64,000 nucleotides of DNA, taken from contig CBDBGH010000003.1 of assembly GCA_965205265.1 (NCBI GenBank), positions 2,848,001 through 2,912,000 on the forward strand. The letters run 5' to 3'. Positions 30,277 through 40,947 of this stretch are shown here, one piece after another. Position numbers and translations under genes: made by a program. The DNA comes from Alphaproteobacteria bacterium. GTDB taxonomy: Bacteria > Pseudomonadota > Alphaproteobacteria > Bin95. The stretch's first letter is position 1; every line of letters starts with the position of its first letter. The notes beneath the pieces were generated by a model. The model was not told the DNA's origin. It made no database searches and was given only the letters and a program-made list of their open reading frames with translations.

Positions 30277-31533
30277 ATGAAGCGCGCGCCTGTCTTCAAG
30301 GACGACCGAAAGGCGGCCTATCTGAACCCGGAGGGCGCCGGGAAGCCGCTGAAGAGCCCGGTGCCCCGCGAGGTGCTGGACCGCGCCCGCAGCTACCGCC
30401 TGCAGCGGCTTCGCGACAGGTGCGCCGCCGCCGATTGCGCCGCCTTGCTGCTCTACGATTCCACTAATATCCGATACGCCTTCGATTGCTCGAACATGCA
30501 GGTCTGGTGCCTGCACAGCCCGTTGCGCTACGCGCTGATATTCGCCGACGGCCCGGCCATCATGTTCGAACTCAGGGACGGCATGAGGCAGTCGGAGGGG
30601 CTGCCGGGCATCGACGAACTGCGCACGGCAAGGACATGGATGTTCATGGCGCGCGGCGACAAGTCCGAAGCCGCAATGGCCGCCTGGGCCGACGAGATCG
30701 CCGACCTGGTGCGCCTGCACGGCGGCGGCAATCGCCGAATCGCCTGCGACCGGCTGGACGGCGCCGGCGCGCACGCACTGGAGGCGCGCGGCCTGACCTA
30801 TGTCGAGGGCACCCGCGTTACCGAGATCGCACGGTCGATCAAGTCCGGGGACGAGATCGAACTGATGCGTTGGACGATGCGCGTCTGCGAGGCCGGCATG
30901 GCCCGGGTTTACGACCATTCCTTGCCCGGCGCGACGGAGCGCGAGCTCTGGGCCCACCTTCATTTCGAGAATGCCCGCTCGGGCGGCGACTGGCTGGAGA
31001 CCAAGCTTCTCACGGCGGGCCCGCGCACCAATCCCTGGTACCAGGAGTGCTCGGACAGGATGTGCCGGGCCGGTGAGATGATTTCGCTCGATACCGACAT
31101 GATCGGACCCTACGGATACTGCGCCGATGTCTCGCGGTCCTGGACCTGCGGCTACACGCCCATGACCGACCGGCAGCGCCGGCTCTACGAGACTGCGCTC
31201 GACCAGATCCGGCACAATCTCGACCTCGTGCGCCCGGGCATGGAATTCGTCGAGTTCAACGAGAAGAGCTGGCGGATCCCGGAGCGGCATGTGCCCTATC
31301 GTTACACGCTGGCCGTCCACGGTGTCGGCATGGCCGATGAATGGCCGGCGGTGCCGCTGCATGTCGACTGGTCCGATCTTGCCATGTCCGGGCGGTTCGA
31401 GCCCGGAATGGCGGTCTGCGTCGAAAGCCTGGTGGGCGAACGGGGTTCGGAAAGCGTCAAGCTGGAAACCCAGGTGCTGGTGACCGAGTCCGGCTGCGAA
31501 CGTCTGGACAGCTTTCCCTACGAGGGGGACTAG
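30277..31533 (+). CDS. M24 metallopeptidase-fold protein, DddP (DMSP lyase)-like
   Basis: NIRYA..SNMQ.W, GGDWLETKLL, GPRTNPWYQEC, DTD, CADVSR, HGVGMADEWP, CVES and KLE match the DddP clade of M24. Confidence 0.8.
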   Translation: MKRAPVFKDDRKAAYLNPEGAGKPLKSPVPREVLDRARSYRLQRLRDRCAAADCAALLLYDSTNIRYAFDCSNMQVWCLHSPLRYALIFADGPAIMFELRDGMRQSEGLPGIDELRTARTWMFMARGDKSEAAMAAWADEIADLVRLHGGGNRRIACDRLDGAGAHALEARGLTYVEGTRVTEIARSIKSGDEIELMRWTMRVCEAGMARVYDHSLPGATERELWAHLHFENARSGGDWLETKLLTAGPRTNPWYQECSDRMCRAGEMISLDTDMIGPYGYCADVSRSWTCGYTPMTDRQRRLYETALDQIRHNLDLVRPGMEFVEFNEKSWRIPERHVPYRYTLAVHGVGMADEWPAVPLHVDWSDLAMSGRFEPGMAVCVESLVGERGSESVKLETQVLVTESGCERLDSFPYEGD

Positions 31534-31555
31534 ACCGCGGGCCGCGTATCTTTGC

Positions 31556-31583
31556 TTGACGCGGCGGAGCCTGTTTCTAGATT
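31556..31583 (+). promoter_or_regulatory. Putative sigma70 promoter of thrS
   Basis: TTGACG-N16-TAGATT, 36 nt upstream of the thrS ATG. Confidence 0.5.
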
Positions 31584-31619
31584 GCGGCCTTTCCTGGTCC
31601 CGGGACATTTGCGCATCCT

Positions 31620-33548
31620 ATGAGCGACATCGCCCTGACAATGCCCGACGGCTCCGTGCGCCCTTTCGCGCGCGGCGGCACCGGCGCCGATCTGGCGGCG
31701 GACATTTCCCGAAGCCTCGCGAAACGCGCGGTCGCCATCCGCGTGGGCGGCGCGTTGCGCGACCTCGCCGAGCCGCTCACGGAGGACGGCGCCGTCGAGA
31801 TCGTGACTCGCGACGACCCGGACGGCCTCGACCTCATCCGCCACGATGCCGCCCATGCGCTGGCCGAGGCGGCGAAGGAGCTCTACCCGGAGATCCAGAT
31901 CACCATCGGCCCGGTGATCGAGAACGGCTTCTACTACGACTTCTCGCGCGCCGAGCCGTTCACGCCGGACGACCTGGCGTTGCTGGAAGAGCGGATGCGC
32001 GAAATCGTGGACCGCGACGAGCCGATCGCCCGCGAGGTCTGGGACCGCGACGAGGCGGCCCGCTTCTTCGAGGGCGAAGGCGAGCACTACAAGGCCGAGA
32101 TCATCCGCTCGATCCCGTCGGAAGAGCCGATCACGCTCTACCGGCAGGGCGGCTTCCTGGACCTTTGCCGGGGGCCGCACCTGCCTTCCACGGGACGGCT
32201 CGGCAAGGCGTTCAAGCTGATGAGCGTGGCCGGCGCCTACTGGCGCGGCGACCACCGCAACGAGATGCTGCAGCGCATTTACGGCACGGCCTGGCGCACC
32301 GAGAAGGAGCTCAGGGCCTATCTGGAACGGCTCGAGGAGGCCGAACGGCGCGACCATCGCCGCCTCGGGCGCGAGATGGGGCTCTTCCACCTCCAGGAGG
32401 AGGCCGCGGGCTCCGTCTTCTGGATGCCCAAGGGCTGGACGCTGTTCCGCGTCTGCGAGGACTACATGCGCATGCGCCTCGACGCGAACGGCTATGTCGA
32501 GGTGAAGACGCCGCAGCTCCTCGACCGGGCGCTCTGGGAGGCGTCCGGCCACTGGGAGAAGTTCCGCGAGCACATGTTCGTGGCCGAGGCGGCGGAGGAC
32601 CGGCTGTTCGCCCTCAAGCCGATGAACTGCCCCGGCCACGTGCAGATATTCAAGCAGGGCATCAAGAGCTACCGCGACCTGCCGCTGCGCATGGCGGAGT
32701 TCGGCGCCTGCCACCGCAACGAGCCCTCGGGCGCGCTGCACGGCATCATGCGGGTGCGCGCCTTCACCCAGGACGACGCCCATATCTTCGCCACCGAGGA
32801 CCAGGTAACGGCGGAGACGGAGCGCTTCTGCGCGCTGCTCACCAGCATCTACGCGGATTTCGGCTTCGAGGACGTGCTGGTGAAATTCTCCGACCGCCCG
32901 GAGGTGCGCGCGGGCGAAGACGAGGTCTGGGACAAGGCCGAGACCGCGCTGCTGGACGCCGTCAATGCCGCCGGGCTCGAAGTCGAGCTCAATCCCGGCG
33001 AGGGCGCATTCTACGGCCCCAAGCTCGAATTCGTGCTGCGCGACGCCATCGGCCGGGACTGGCAGTGCGGCACCTTCCAGGTCGATTTCGTGCTGCCCGA
33101 GCGGCTGAACGCCACCTATGTGGACGAGAGCGGCGAGCGGCGCCGGCCGGTCATGCTGCACCGGGCCATTCTCGGCTCCTTCGAGCGCTTCATCGGCGTG
33201 CTCATCGAGCATTATGCCGGGCGGTTCCCGCTCTGGCTAGCGCCGGTGCAGGCGGTGGTGGCCACGATCACGAGCGACGCCGACGACTATGCGCGCGCAG
33301 TGTTCGCCCGGCTGAGGGAAGCCGGGCTTCGCGCCGAACTCGACCTGCGCAACGAAAAAATCGGCTACAAGGTCCGCGAACATTCGGTCGCGAAGGTGCC
33401 GGTCATGCTTGTCGTCGGGCGCCGCGAGGCCGAGCAGGGAACGGTCGCGCTGCGCCGGCTCGGTTCGCAGCAGCAAGAAATGCTTGCAGTCGGCGACTCG
33501 ATACATACCCTGTCCGAAGAAGCGGCGGTCCCGAGCCGGGGCCGCTAG
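31620..33548 (+). CDS. thrS: Threonyl-tRNA synthetase
   Basis: TGS domain, [27 protein letters not shown] and HRAILGS motifs. Confidence 0.98.
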   Translation: MSDIALTMPDGSVRPFARGGTGADLAADISRSLAKRAVAIRVGGALRDLAEPLTEDGAVEIVTRDDPDGLDLIRHDAAHALAEAAKELYPEIQITIGPVIENGFYYDFSRAEPFTPDDLALLEERMREIVDRDEPIAREVWDRDEAARFFEGEGEHYKAEIIRSIPSEEPITLYRQGGFLDLCRGPHLPSTGRLGKAFKLMSVAGAYWRGDHRNEMLQRIYGTAWRTEKELRAYLERLEEAERRDHRRLGREMGLFHLQEEAAGSVFWMPKGWTLFRVCEDYMRMRLDANGYVEVKTPQLLDRALWEASGHWEKFREHMFVAEAAEDRLFALKPMNCPGHVQIFKQGIKSYRDLPLRMAEFGACHRNEPSGALHGIMRVRAFTQDDAHIFATEDQVTAETERFCALLTSIYADFGFEDVLVKFSDRPEVRAGEDEVWDKAETALLDAVNAAGLEVELNPGEGAFYGPKLEFVLRDAIGRDWQCGTFQVDFVLPERLNATYVDESGERRRPVMLHRAILGSFERFIGVLIEHYAGRFPLWLAPVQAVVATITSDADDYARAVFARLREAGLRAELDLRNEKIGYKVREHSVAKVPVMLVVGRREAEQGTVALRRLGSQQQEMLAVGDSIHTLSEEAAVPSRGR

Positions 33549-33575
33549 CGGGAACGAGCGAGAAGGAGACGGTCC

Positions 33576-34112
33576 ATAGCTCGATACACGTCTACAGTGC
33601 CGCCCAAGAAGGAAGGGCCGCGCGTGAATGAGGACATCGAAGCGCGGTCGGTCCGCTTGGTCGGCGCCGACGGCAGCATGCTCGGTGTTGTGGAGATCGA
33701 CGAAGCGCTGGGAGCGGCCGAGGCCGCGGGCCTCGATCTGGTGGAGTTCTCGCCCAATGCGGAGCCGCCGGTTTGCAAGGTCCTCGATTACGGGCGTTTC
33801 AAATACGAAGCGCAGAAAAAGAAGAACGAGGCGCGCAAGAAGCAGAAGACCATCGAGGTCAAGGAAATCAAGATGCGCCCCGGGATCGAGCAGCATGACT
33901 ACGACACCAAGATGCGCTCGGTCCGGCGGTTCCTCGACGAAGGCGACAAGGTGAAGGTGACCCTGCGCTTCCGCGGACGGGAGCTGGCCCATCAGGAAGT
34001 CGGCCGCGCCGTCCTGCAACGGGTGCAGAACGAGCTCGGCGACCTGGTCAAGGTCGAGCAGTTCCCCAAGATGGAAGGGCGGCAGATGGTCATGGTGATG
34101 TCGCCGCGTTAA
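33576..34112 (+). CDS. infC: Translation initiation factor IF-3 with a non-canonical ATA start
   Basis: PPVCKVLDYG, KEIKMRP and VTLRFRGRE motifs; AAGGAG (33563-33568) lies 7 nt before an in-frame ATA at 33576. Confidence 0.95.
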   Translation: MARYTSTVPPKKEGPRVNEDIEARSVRLVGADGSMLGVVEIDEALGAAEAAGLDLVEFSPNAEPPVCKVLDYGRFKYEAQKKKNEARKKQKTIEVKEIKMRPGIEQHDYDTKMRSVRRFLDEGDKVKVTLRFRGRELAHQEVGRAVLQRVQNELGDLVKVEQFPKMEGRQMVMVMSPR

Positions 34113-34170
34113 CCCTTCGCCGGTATCGGCAATCGTCGGCGGGTGCGACGGCATAGCCGCCGCGCCGGCC

Positions 34171-34199
34171 TTGCGCCCCGCTTCGGGGCCGGCTATACC
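34171..34199 (+). promoter_or_regulatory. Putative internal sigma70 promoter for rpmI-rplT
   Basis: TTGCGC-N17-TATACC, the alphaproteobacterial-type CTTG...CTATA pattern. Confidence 0.5.
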
Positions 34200-34282
34200 G
34201 CGCGCCTTCGGAACGGATGGTCCGGCGCGTATGAGGGCATGCCCGGCCGTCCTGAATCCGCCTTTGCTCCAGGGACAGGAAA

Positions 34283-34480
34283 ATGCCCAAGCTCAAGACG
34301 AAGAGCAGCACGAAGGGCCGGTTCAAGAAAACCGGCTCCGGCAAGGTGCTGATGAACCACGCCTACAAGCGCCACTGCCTCGCCAACAAGTCGAAGCGGA
34401 TGAAGCGCCAGGCGCGCGGAACCACGGCGATGTCGAAGCCGGACGCGAAGATCGTGCTCCGCTTCATGCCATACGCCTGA
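34283..34480 (+). CDS. rpmI: 50S ribosomal protein L35
   Basis: [22 protein letters not shown], 65 aa. Confidence 0.97.
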   Translation: MPKLKTKSSTKGRFKKTGSGKVLMNHAYKRHCLANKSKRMKRQARGTTAMSKPDAKIVLRFMPYA

Positions 34481-34498
34481 GCGGGGGGATCGCAAGCC

Positions 34499-34855
34499 AT
34501 GTCCCGCATCAAGGGCGGCGCCGGTAACCGCCGCCGGCACAAGAAGGTTCTGGCCCAGGCGAAAGGCTATCGCGGCCGGGCAAAGAACAATTTCCGCATC
34601 GCTATCGAGCGCGTCGAGCGTGGGCTGCAATACGCCTACCGGGACCGGCGGACCCGCAAGCGCAACTTCCGCTCGCTCTGGATCCAGCGCATCAACGCCG
34701 CCGCCCGCGAGCACGGGCTCACCTATTCCGCCTTCATGGACGGCATCGCCAAGGCGGGCATCGAGGTGGACCGCAAGGTGCTCGCCGACCTCGCCGTTCG
34801 CGAACCGGAGTCCTTCAAGGCGCTTGTGGAGCAGGCGCGGGCCGCGCGCGCCTGA
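34499..34855 (+). CDS. rplT: 50S ribosomal protein L20
   Basis: [30 protein letters not shown] and DRKVLADLA motifs. Confidence 0.98.
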   Translation: MSRIKGGAGNRRRHKKVLAQAKGYRGRAKNNFRIAIERVERGLQYAYRDRRTRKRNFRSLWIQRINAAAREHGLTYSAFMDGIAKAGIEVDRKVLADLAVREPESFKALVEQARAARA

Positions 34856-34883
34856 AGGCGTGTCCCGGGAAAGAGGGTCTTCC

Positions 34884-35960
34884 ATGTCGGACGAATTGAC
34901 GGCGCTCCGGGACGAGCTGGAGGGCGCCGTGCAGGCGGCCGACAGCCTGGAGGCGCTGGAGGATGTGCGGGTGCGCGCGCTCGGCCGGCGCGGCTCCGTC
35001 ACCGGGCTGATGAAAAGCCTCGGCCGGGCCGCGCCCGAGGAACGGCGCGAGCGGGGCCAGGCCCTCAACCTGCTGAAACAGGCCGTCTCGGACGCCATCG
35101 ACGCCCGCAAGGCGGCGCTGGCGGAGGCGGAGCTGGAGCGCCGCCTCGCGTCGGAGCGCATCGACATCACGCTCCCCGTCCGGCCCGCGCCGGAAGGCAG
35201 CCTGCACCCGATTTCGCAGACCATCGACGAGATCACCCAGATATTCGGCGAGATGGGCTTCCGCTGGGCCGAAGGGCCGGACATCGAGGACGACTGGTAC
35301 AATTTCACCGCCCTCAACATTCCGCCCGAGCATCCCGCGCGCCAGGAAATGGACACCTTCTATCTCGCCGGCGAAGCCGGGTCGCGGCCGGTGCTGCGCA
35401 CCCATACGAGCCCTGTGCAGATACGCACCATGCAGGCCGCGCCGCCGCCGCTCCGGGTCATCGTTCCCGGACGCACCTACCGCTCCGACCACGACGCCAC
35501 CCACTCGCCCATGTTCCACCAGGTCGAGGGGCTGGCGATCGGCAGGTCGATCCATATGGGCCATCTCAAGGGCTGCCTGATCGAATTCTGCCGCGCCTTT
35601 TTCGGGGTGGCCGACCTGCCGGTGCGCTTCCGGCCGAGCCATTTCCCCTTCACGGAGCCCTCGGCGGAGGTCGATATCGGCTGCACGCGCGAGGGCGGGC
35701 AGCTGCGCATCGGCGCGGGCGGCGACTGGCTGGAGATCCTCGGCTCCGGCATGGTGCACCCGAAGGTGATCGCCAATTGCGGCCTCGACCCGGAAGAGTG
35801 GCAGGGCTTCGCCTTCGGCATGGGGATCGAGCGGATCGCCATGCTGAAATACGGTATCCCGGACCTGCGCACGATGTATGACTCGGACCTGCGGTGGCTG
35901 CGCCATTACGGCTTCCGGCCGCTGGACATGCCGGGCCTGATCGCGGAGGCGGCGGCGTGA
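34884..35960 (+). CDS. pheS: Phenylalanyl-tRNA synthetase alpha subunit
   Basis: [28 protein letters not shown] and [10 protein letters not shown] motifs. Confidence 0.98.
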   Translation: MSDELTALRDELEGAVQAADSLEALEDVRVRALGRRGSVTGLMKSLGRAAPEERRERGQALNLLKQAVSDAIDARKAALAEAELERRLASERIDITLPVRPAPEGSLHPISQTIDEITQIFGEMGFRWAEGPDIEDDWYNFTALNIPPEHPARQEMDTFYLAGEAGSRPVLRTHTSPVQIRTMQAAPPPLRVIVPGRTYRSDHDATHSPMFHQVEGLAIGRSIHMGHLKGCLIEFCRAFFGVADLPVRFRPSHFPFTEPSAEVDIGCTREGGQLRIGAGGDWLEILGSGMVHPKVIANCGLDPEEWQGFAFGMGIERIAMLKYGIPDLRTMYDSDLRWLRHYGFRPLDMPGLIAEAAA

Positions 35961-38374
35961 AGTTCACCTTCTCCTGGCTGAAGGACCATCTCGACACCGA
36001 GGCCACGCTCGACGAGGTCTGCGAGGCGCTGACCATGCTGGGCCTCGAGGTGGACAGCGTCGAGGACCGCGCGCGCGACCTGGTTGCCTTCACGACGGCG
36101 CGCGTGCTCTCCGCCGAGCCGCATCCGCAGGCGGACCGCTTGCGGGTCTGCCTGGTGGATACGGGCACGGAGGAGGTGCAGGTCGTCTGCGGCGCGCCGA
36201 ATGCGCATACCGGCATGATGGGCGTGTTCGCGCCCTCCGGAAGCTGGATTCCGGGCACCGGGATCAGGCTGAAGAAGACGGCGATTCGCGGCGTCGAGAG
36301 CAACGGCATGCTGCTTTCCGAGCGCGAGCTTGGCGTCTCGGACGAGCATGAGGGCATCGTCGAGCTGCCGGCCGACACCCTGCTCGGGGCGCCTTATGCG
36401 CGGGTTGCGGGGCTCGACGACCCGGTGATCGAAATCGGCCTCACCCCCAATCGCGGCGACTGCGCCGGCATTCGCGGCATCGCGCGCGACCTCGCCGCAA
36501 GGGGCCTCGGCGCGCTCAAGGGCGTGCCCGGCTGGGGCGAGACCGTGCCGGGCGCCTTCGAGAGCCCGGTCGCCGTGCGCCTCGAACTCGGCGACCGGGC
36601 CGAGGCCTGCCCGCTCTTCGCCGGGCGCTATGTCCGGGGGGTGAGCAACGGCCCGTCGCCGAAATGGGTCCAGGACCGGCTGCGCGCGGTGGGTCTTCGC
36701 CCGATCTCCGCGCTGGTCGATATCACCAACTATTTCACTCTGGACATGGGCCGCCCGCTGCATGTCTTCGATGCGGACAAGCTCGAGGGCGACGTGGTGG
36801 TGCGCATGGGCCGGGACGGCGAGGAGATCGACGCGCTGGACGGCCGACGCTACGCGGCCGACGCGGACATGACGCTCATATGCGACGAGGCGAAGGGCAA
36901 CGCCTTTGGCGGCATCATGGGCGGCGAGGCGACGGGCTGCACGGAAGAGACGGTCAATGTCTTCCTCGAAAGCGCGCTGTTCGATCCCGTCCGCACCGCC
37001 GCCACGGGCCGCAGGATCGGCGTGCAGAGCGATGCGCGCTACCGCTTCGAGCGCGGCGTCGATCCGACTTCGGCCGTGGCCGGCATGGAAGCCGCCACGC
37101 GCATGATCCTCGACTTCTGCGGCGGCAAGGCGAGCCATCCGGTCGTGGCCGGCGGCGAGCCGGACTGGCGGCGGCGCTACCGCTTCCGCCCGGAGCGGGT
37201 CGAAAGCCTGGGCGGCGTTGCCGTGCCGGCGGCGCGGAGCGTCGAAATCCTGCGCGCGCTCGGCTTCGGGGTCGAGGAAGGGGACGGCGAAATGTCGGTC
37301 TCTCCGCCGCCCTGGCGGCCGGACATTCTGGGCGAGGCCGACCTTGTGGAGGAAGTGCTCCGGGTCCACGGCTTCGAGCACATCCCAGTGGCCGACTTCC
37401 CGGCCCCGACCGTGCTGCCGGCCCCGGCGCTCACCCGCGCGGCGGCGCGCGCGGCGAAGCTGCGCCGAGCGCTCGCGGCGGCCGGCATGGCGGAGGCTGT
37501 CACTTTCTCCTTCATGCCGGCAGGCCGGGCGGCGCTGTTCGGCGGCGGGGACGCCCGGCTCCGGCTCGACAACCCGATCAGCGCCGATCTCGACTGCATG
37601 CGTCCTTCCATCCTGCCGAACCTGGTCGACGCCGCCCGGCGCAACGCCGATGGCGGGCGGGCGGCAGGCGCGCTGTTCGAGGTAGGCCCTGTGTTCCGTC
37701 CCGAGGCCGCGGCCATCGAGCCCGAAGGGCAGCTCCAGGCCGCCGCCGGCGTCAGGTGGGGCGCCACGCCCCGCCACTGGAGCGAGCGCCCGCGCCCCGT
37801 GGACGCGCTCGACGCCAAGGCGGATACGCTCGCCGCGCTGGCGGCGCTCGAGGCGCCCATGGACAAGCTGCGCACGACCGCGGACGCGCCTGCCTGGTTT
37901 CATCCCGGCCGCTCGGGCGCGCTCAGGCTGGGTGCGGTTGCGCTGGCTTTTTTCGGCGAGCTGCATCCCCGCGTGCTGGCGGCCTTCGATGCCACCGGCC
38001 CTCTGGCAGCCTTCGAGGCCTTCCCGGATGCCGTACCTGTGCCGAGGGCAAGAGCCGGCGGCAAGCTCCGCCCGGCCCTCAACCGCTCGGCCTTCCAGCC
38101 GGTCGAGCGCGATTTCGCCTTCGTCGTCGCAGAGGAGGTCGAGGCCGACAGCGTGTTGCGCGCCGTGCGCAACGCCGACAAGGCGCTGATCGCGGACGCG
38201 GCGGTGTTCGACGTCTATCGCGGCAAGGGCATTGAGCAGGGGCGCAAGTCGCTCGCCGTCGCCGTCACCCTCCAGCCGCAGGACGCCACCCTGACCGACG
38301 CCGACCTCGAAGCCGCGTCCGCCCGCATCGTCGCCGCCGTCGCAAAGGCCACGGGGGCCATGCTGCGGGGTTGA
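35957..38374 (+). CDS. pheT: Phenylalanyl-tRNA synthetase beta subunit
   Basis: GTG start overlaps the pheS stop; VVCGAPN, TPNRGDC, RFERGVD and a C-terminal ferredoxin-fold anticodon-binding domain. Confidence 0.97.
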   Translation: MKFTFSWLKDHLDTEATLDEVCEALTMLGLEVDSVEDRARDLVAFTTARVLSAEPHPQADRLRVCLVDTGTEEVQVVCGAPNAHTGMMGVFAPSGSWIPGTGIRLKKTAIRGVESNGMLLSERELGVSDEHEGIVELPADTLLGAPYARVAGLDDPVIEIGLTPNRGDCAGIRGIARDLAARGLGALKGVPGWGETVPGAFESPVAVRLELGDRAEACPLFAGRYVRGVSNGPSPKWVQDRLRAVGLRPISALVDITNYFTLDMGRPLHVFDADKLEGDVVVRMGRDGEEIDALDGRRYAADADMTLICDEAKGNAFGGIMGGEATGCTEETVNVFLESALFDPVRTAATGRRIGVQSDARYRFERGVDPTSAVAGMEAATRMILDFCGGKASHPVVAGGEPDWRRRYRFRPERVESLGGVAVPAARSVEILRALGFGVEEGDGEMSVSPPPWRPDILGEADLVEEVLRVHGFEHIPVADFPAPTVLPAPALTRAAARAAKLRRALAAAGMAEAVTFSFMPAGRAALFGGGDARLRLDNPISADLDCMRPSILPNLVDAARRNADGGRAAGALFEVGPVFRPEAAAIEPEGQLQAAAGVRWGATPRHWSERPRPVDALDAKADTLAALAALEAPMDKLRTTADAPAWFHPGRSGALRLGAVALAFFGELHPRVLAAFDATGPLAAFEAFPDAVPVPRARAGGKLRPALNRSAFQPVERDFAFVVAEEVEADSVLRAVRNADKALIADAAVFDVYRGKGIEQGRKSLAVAVTLQPQDATLTDADLEAASARIVAAVAKATGAMLRG
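38105..38371 (+). repeat. Direct repeat copy 1: last 89 codons of pheT
   Basis: Matches 39301-39567 with 14 mismatches in 267 nt by manual alignment. Confidence 0.95.
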
Positions 38375-38378
38375 CGGG

Positions 38379-39176
38379 CTAACGTCCCGCGAGTTGGAGC
38401 CAGAACCAGAAAAGGGCGAAAAGCACCGGCTGGTGCAGCAAGTAGTAAACGAGGCTGTGGCGGCCGATGAAGCGAACGGCGCTTCCGGACCACCCCTCAA
38501 GTTTTGGCACTGCCAGAACTTGCAGCCAGCCAGCCCGATGGCACATCTTCGCGGCGCCAACGCCCAGAAGCGCCGGCGCGAGCCAGGGAAACACAGGGCG
38601 GAAATCGCTTGCCGCGGGCGCGACGCTCCCGAGGCCGAGCCAACTCAGCGCCGATGCGTTCAACCGCTCGATCGCTACAAGTTCATCGACCGCGAAGACC
38701 GCAGCCGCGCCTGCCACGGCCAACCACCACGGAGCCCGGAGAAAGGCGAGCCCGGCGATGCTGGCAATCGCGATCATGTGCAGGATGCCGAAGAAGATAT
38801 AGGTCTCCGGCGTCACGAACCGGGTCACGGCGGTGATCGCCAGCGCAGCAAGCACGATGATGACGAGGCGCCGCCTCCACGGTCTCCACCGAATTCCGCC
38901 GCTATGCGCGAGATAAAGGCTGGCGCCGGTAAGAAAGAGAAAACTGCCGGCGACGATCGTGGCAAGCGCCCACCAATGGAGCTGCTCCGAGTAACCGCGT
39001 TCTTCCAAGCCGAAAAACTCGAGGTCGTAAGCGAAATGGAAGACCGTCATGCCGAGGAGAGCCGCGCCCCGGAGGAAATCCACGATTGCGATGCGGGGAA
39101 CCGCGCCCGGCGGGGAGGCCGGCGGGTTCGCGGTTTTTCTTTCCGCCCGGTGCTTCCTCACCCGTCTTCGCGCCAT
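38379..39176 (-). CDS. DUF1624 / heparan-alpha-glucosaminide N-acetyltransferase-like membrane protein
   Basis: RIAIVDFLRG..L.GM..FH, FFGILH, DFRPVFPW and GRHSLVYYLLHQP motifs. Confidence 0.85.
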   Translation of the reverse strand: MARRRVRKHRAERKTANPPASPPGAVPRIAIVDFLRGAALLGMTVFHFAYDLEFFGLEERGYSEQLHWWALATIVAGSFLFLTGASLYLAHSGGIRWRPWRRRLVIIVLAALAITAVTRFVTPETYIFFGILHMIAIASIAGLAFLRAPWWLAVAGAAAVFAVDELVAIERLNASALSWLGLGSVAPAASDFRPVFPWLAPALLGVGAAKMCHRAGWLQVLAVPKLEGWSGSAVRFIGRHSLVYYLLHQPVLFALFWFWLQLAGR

Positions 39177-39300
39177 GCGGGCAGGTTCCTTCGCTATCGG
39201 CAACGATAAGGTTCTACGAGAAGCCAATATACGATAATGCGACGTTTGACCGGATTGAACCGGACCCTCCAACCGCCTCCCTTAACCCGGACGGCCGCTT

Positions 39301-39567
39301 GAGCGCAATTTCGCCTTCGTCGCCGCCGAGGAGGTCGAGGCCGACAGCGTGTTGCGCGCCGTGCGCAATGCCGACAAGGCGCTGATCGCGGACGCAGCGG
39401 TGTTCGACGTCCATCGCGGCAAGGGCATCGAGCAGGGGCGCAAGTCGCTCGCCGTCGCCGTCACCCTCCAGCCGCAGGACGCCACCCTGACCGACGCCGA
39501 CCTCGAAGCCGCGTCCGCCCGCATCGTCGCCGCCGTCGCAAAGGCGACCGGGGCTGTGCTCAGGGGG
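39301..39567 (+). pseudogene. pheT: Direct repeat copy 2: orphan 3' fragment of pheT (anticodon-binding domain)
   Basis: About 95% identical to 38105-38371; in-frame TAA upstream at 39283; no stop at the equivalent position, so the frame runs antisense into icd. Confidence 0.88.
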
Positions 39568-39603
39568 GCGAGCGGCCGATTCCGCCCGGCAGCGGCGGCG
39601 CGG

Positions 39604-40821
39604 TCAGGCGCCGAGTTCGCGCTTCAGGTTGCGGTCCACCGCGTCGAGGAAGCCCGTGGTGCTGAGCCAGCCCTGGTCCGGGCCGGCCAGCAGGGCCAGG
39701 TCCTTGGTCATCTCGCCGCCTTCCACCGTCCCGATGCAGACCCGCTCCAGGGTGCGGGCGAACGCCGAGACCTCGGGCGTTTCGTCGAACTGGCCGCGAT
39801 AGTCGAGGCCGCGCGTCCAGGCGAAGATCGAGGCGATGGAGTTGGTCGAGGTCTCGTTGCCCTGCTGGTGCTGGCGATAGTGGCGGGTGACGGTGCCGTG
39901 CGCGGCCTCCGCCTCGATGGTCTTGCCGTCCGGCGTCATCAGCACGGAGGTCATGAGGCCGAGCGAGCCGAAGCCCTGGGCCACCGTGTCGGACTGCACA
40001 TCGCCGTCATAGTTCTTGCACGCCCAGACATAGCCGCCCTCCAGCTTCATCGCCTGCGCCACCATGTCGTCGATCAGCCGGTGCTCGTACCAGAGCCCGG
40101 CGGCCTCGAAACGGACCTTGAACTCGTTCTCGAACACCTCCGCGAACAGATCCCGGAAGCGCCCGTCATAGGCCTTCAGGATCGTGTTCTTGGTGGACAT
40201 GAAGCAGGGATAGTTACGCATCAGCGCATAGTTGAAGCAGGAGCGCGCAAAGCCCCGGATCGACTCGTCGAGATTGTACATCGACATGGCGATGCCGCCG
40301 CCGGGGAAGTCGAACACTTCGCGCTCGATGGCCTCGCCGCCGTCCTCCGGCTCGAAGCGGATGGTGAGCTTGCCCTTGCCCGGCACGACGAAATCGGTCG
40401 CGCGGTACTGGTCGCCGTAAGCATGGCGGCCGATGATGATCGGCTTCGCCCAGCCCGGTACCAGGCGCGGCACGTTCGAGCAGATGATCGGCTCGCGGAA
40501 GACGGTGCCGTTGATGATGTTCCGGATGGTGCCGTTGGGCGAGCGCCACATGGCCTTCAGGCCGAATTCCTCGACCCGGTCCTCGTCCGGCGTGATCGTC
40601 GCGCATTTGACGCCGACGCCGTATTTCTTGATCGCATTGGCGGAGTCGATCGTGATCTGGTCGTCGGTCTCGTCGCGCTTCTGGATCGACAGGTCGTAAT
40701 ATTTCAGGTCGATATCGAGATAGGGCAGGATCAGCTTTTCCTTGATGAACTCCCAGATGATCCGCGTCATCTCATCGCCGTCGAGCTCGACGACGGGGGT
40801 TGCAACCTTGATCTTGCTCAT
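39604..40821 (-). CDS. icd: NADP-dependent isocitrate dehydrogenase
   Basis: [38 protein letters not shown] and [10 protein letters not shown] motifs. Confidence 0.98.
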   Translation of the reverse strand: MSKIKVATPVVELDGDEMTRIIWEFIKEKLILPYLDIDLKYYDLSIQKRDETDDQITIDSANAIKKYGVGVKCATITPDEDRVEEFGLKAMWRSPNGTIRNIINGTVFREPIICSNVPRLVPGWAKPIIIGRHAYGDQYRATDFVVPGKGKLTIRFEPEDGGEAIEREVFDFPGGGIAMSMYNLDESIRGFARSCFNYALMRNYPCFMSTKNTILKAYDGRFRDLFAEVFENEFKVRFEAAGLWYEHRLIDDMVAQAMKLEGGYVWACKNYDGDVQSDTVAQGFGSLGLMTSVLMTPDGKTIEAEAAHGTVTRHYRQHQQGNETSTNSIASIFAWTRGLDYRGQFDETPEVSAFARTLERVCIGTVEGGEMTKDLALLAGPDQGWLSTTGFLDAVDRNLKRELGA

Positions 40822-40947
40822 ATGCGTGCCGCTCCCGGCGTGCTTGTCGGCCGCCGAAGGCTTGGCCGTACCGTGTTGAAAGGAAGGGCCGCAACATAGG
40901 CCCGCGCCAGCGGGCGCGCAAGCGGCGCGGCGGCCGGCGGCCCGTCC

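Noticed and set aside
34856-34883. pheM-type attenuator before pheS
   Set aside because: The spacer is only 28 nt, with no Phe-rich leader ORF or terminator.
39349-40899. 516-aa ORF beginning with a PheT anticodon-binding domain, as a possible novel fusion
   Set aside because: It is the duplicated pheT tail lacking a stop and running antisense through icd; not a plausible protein.
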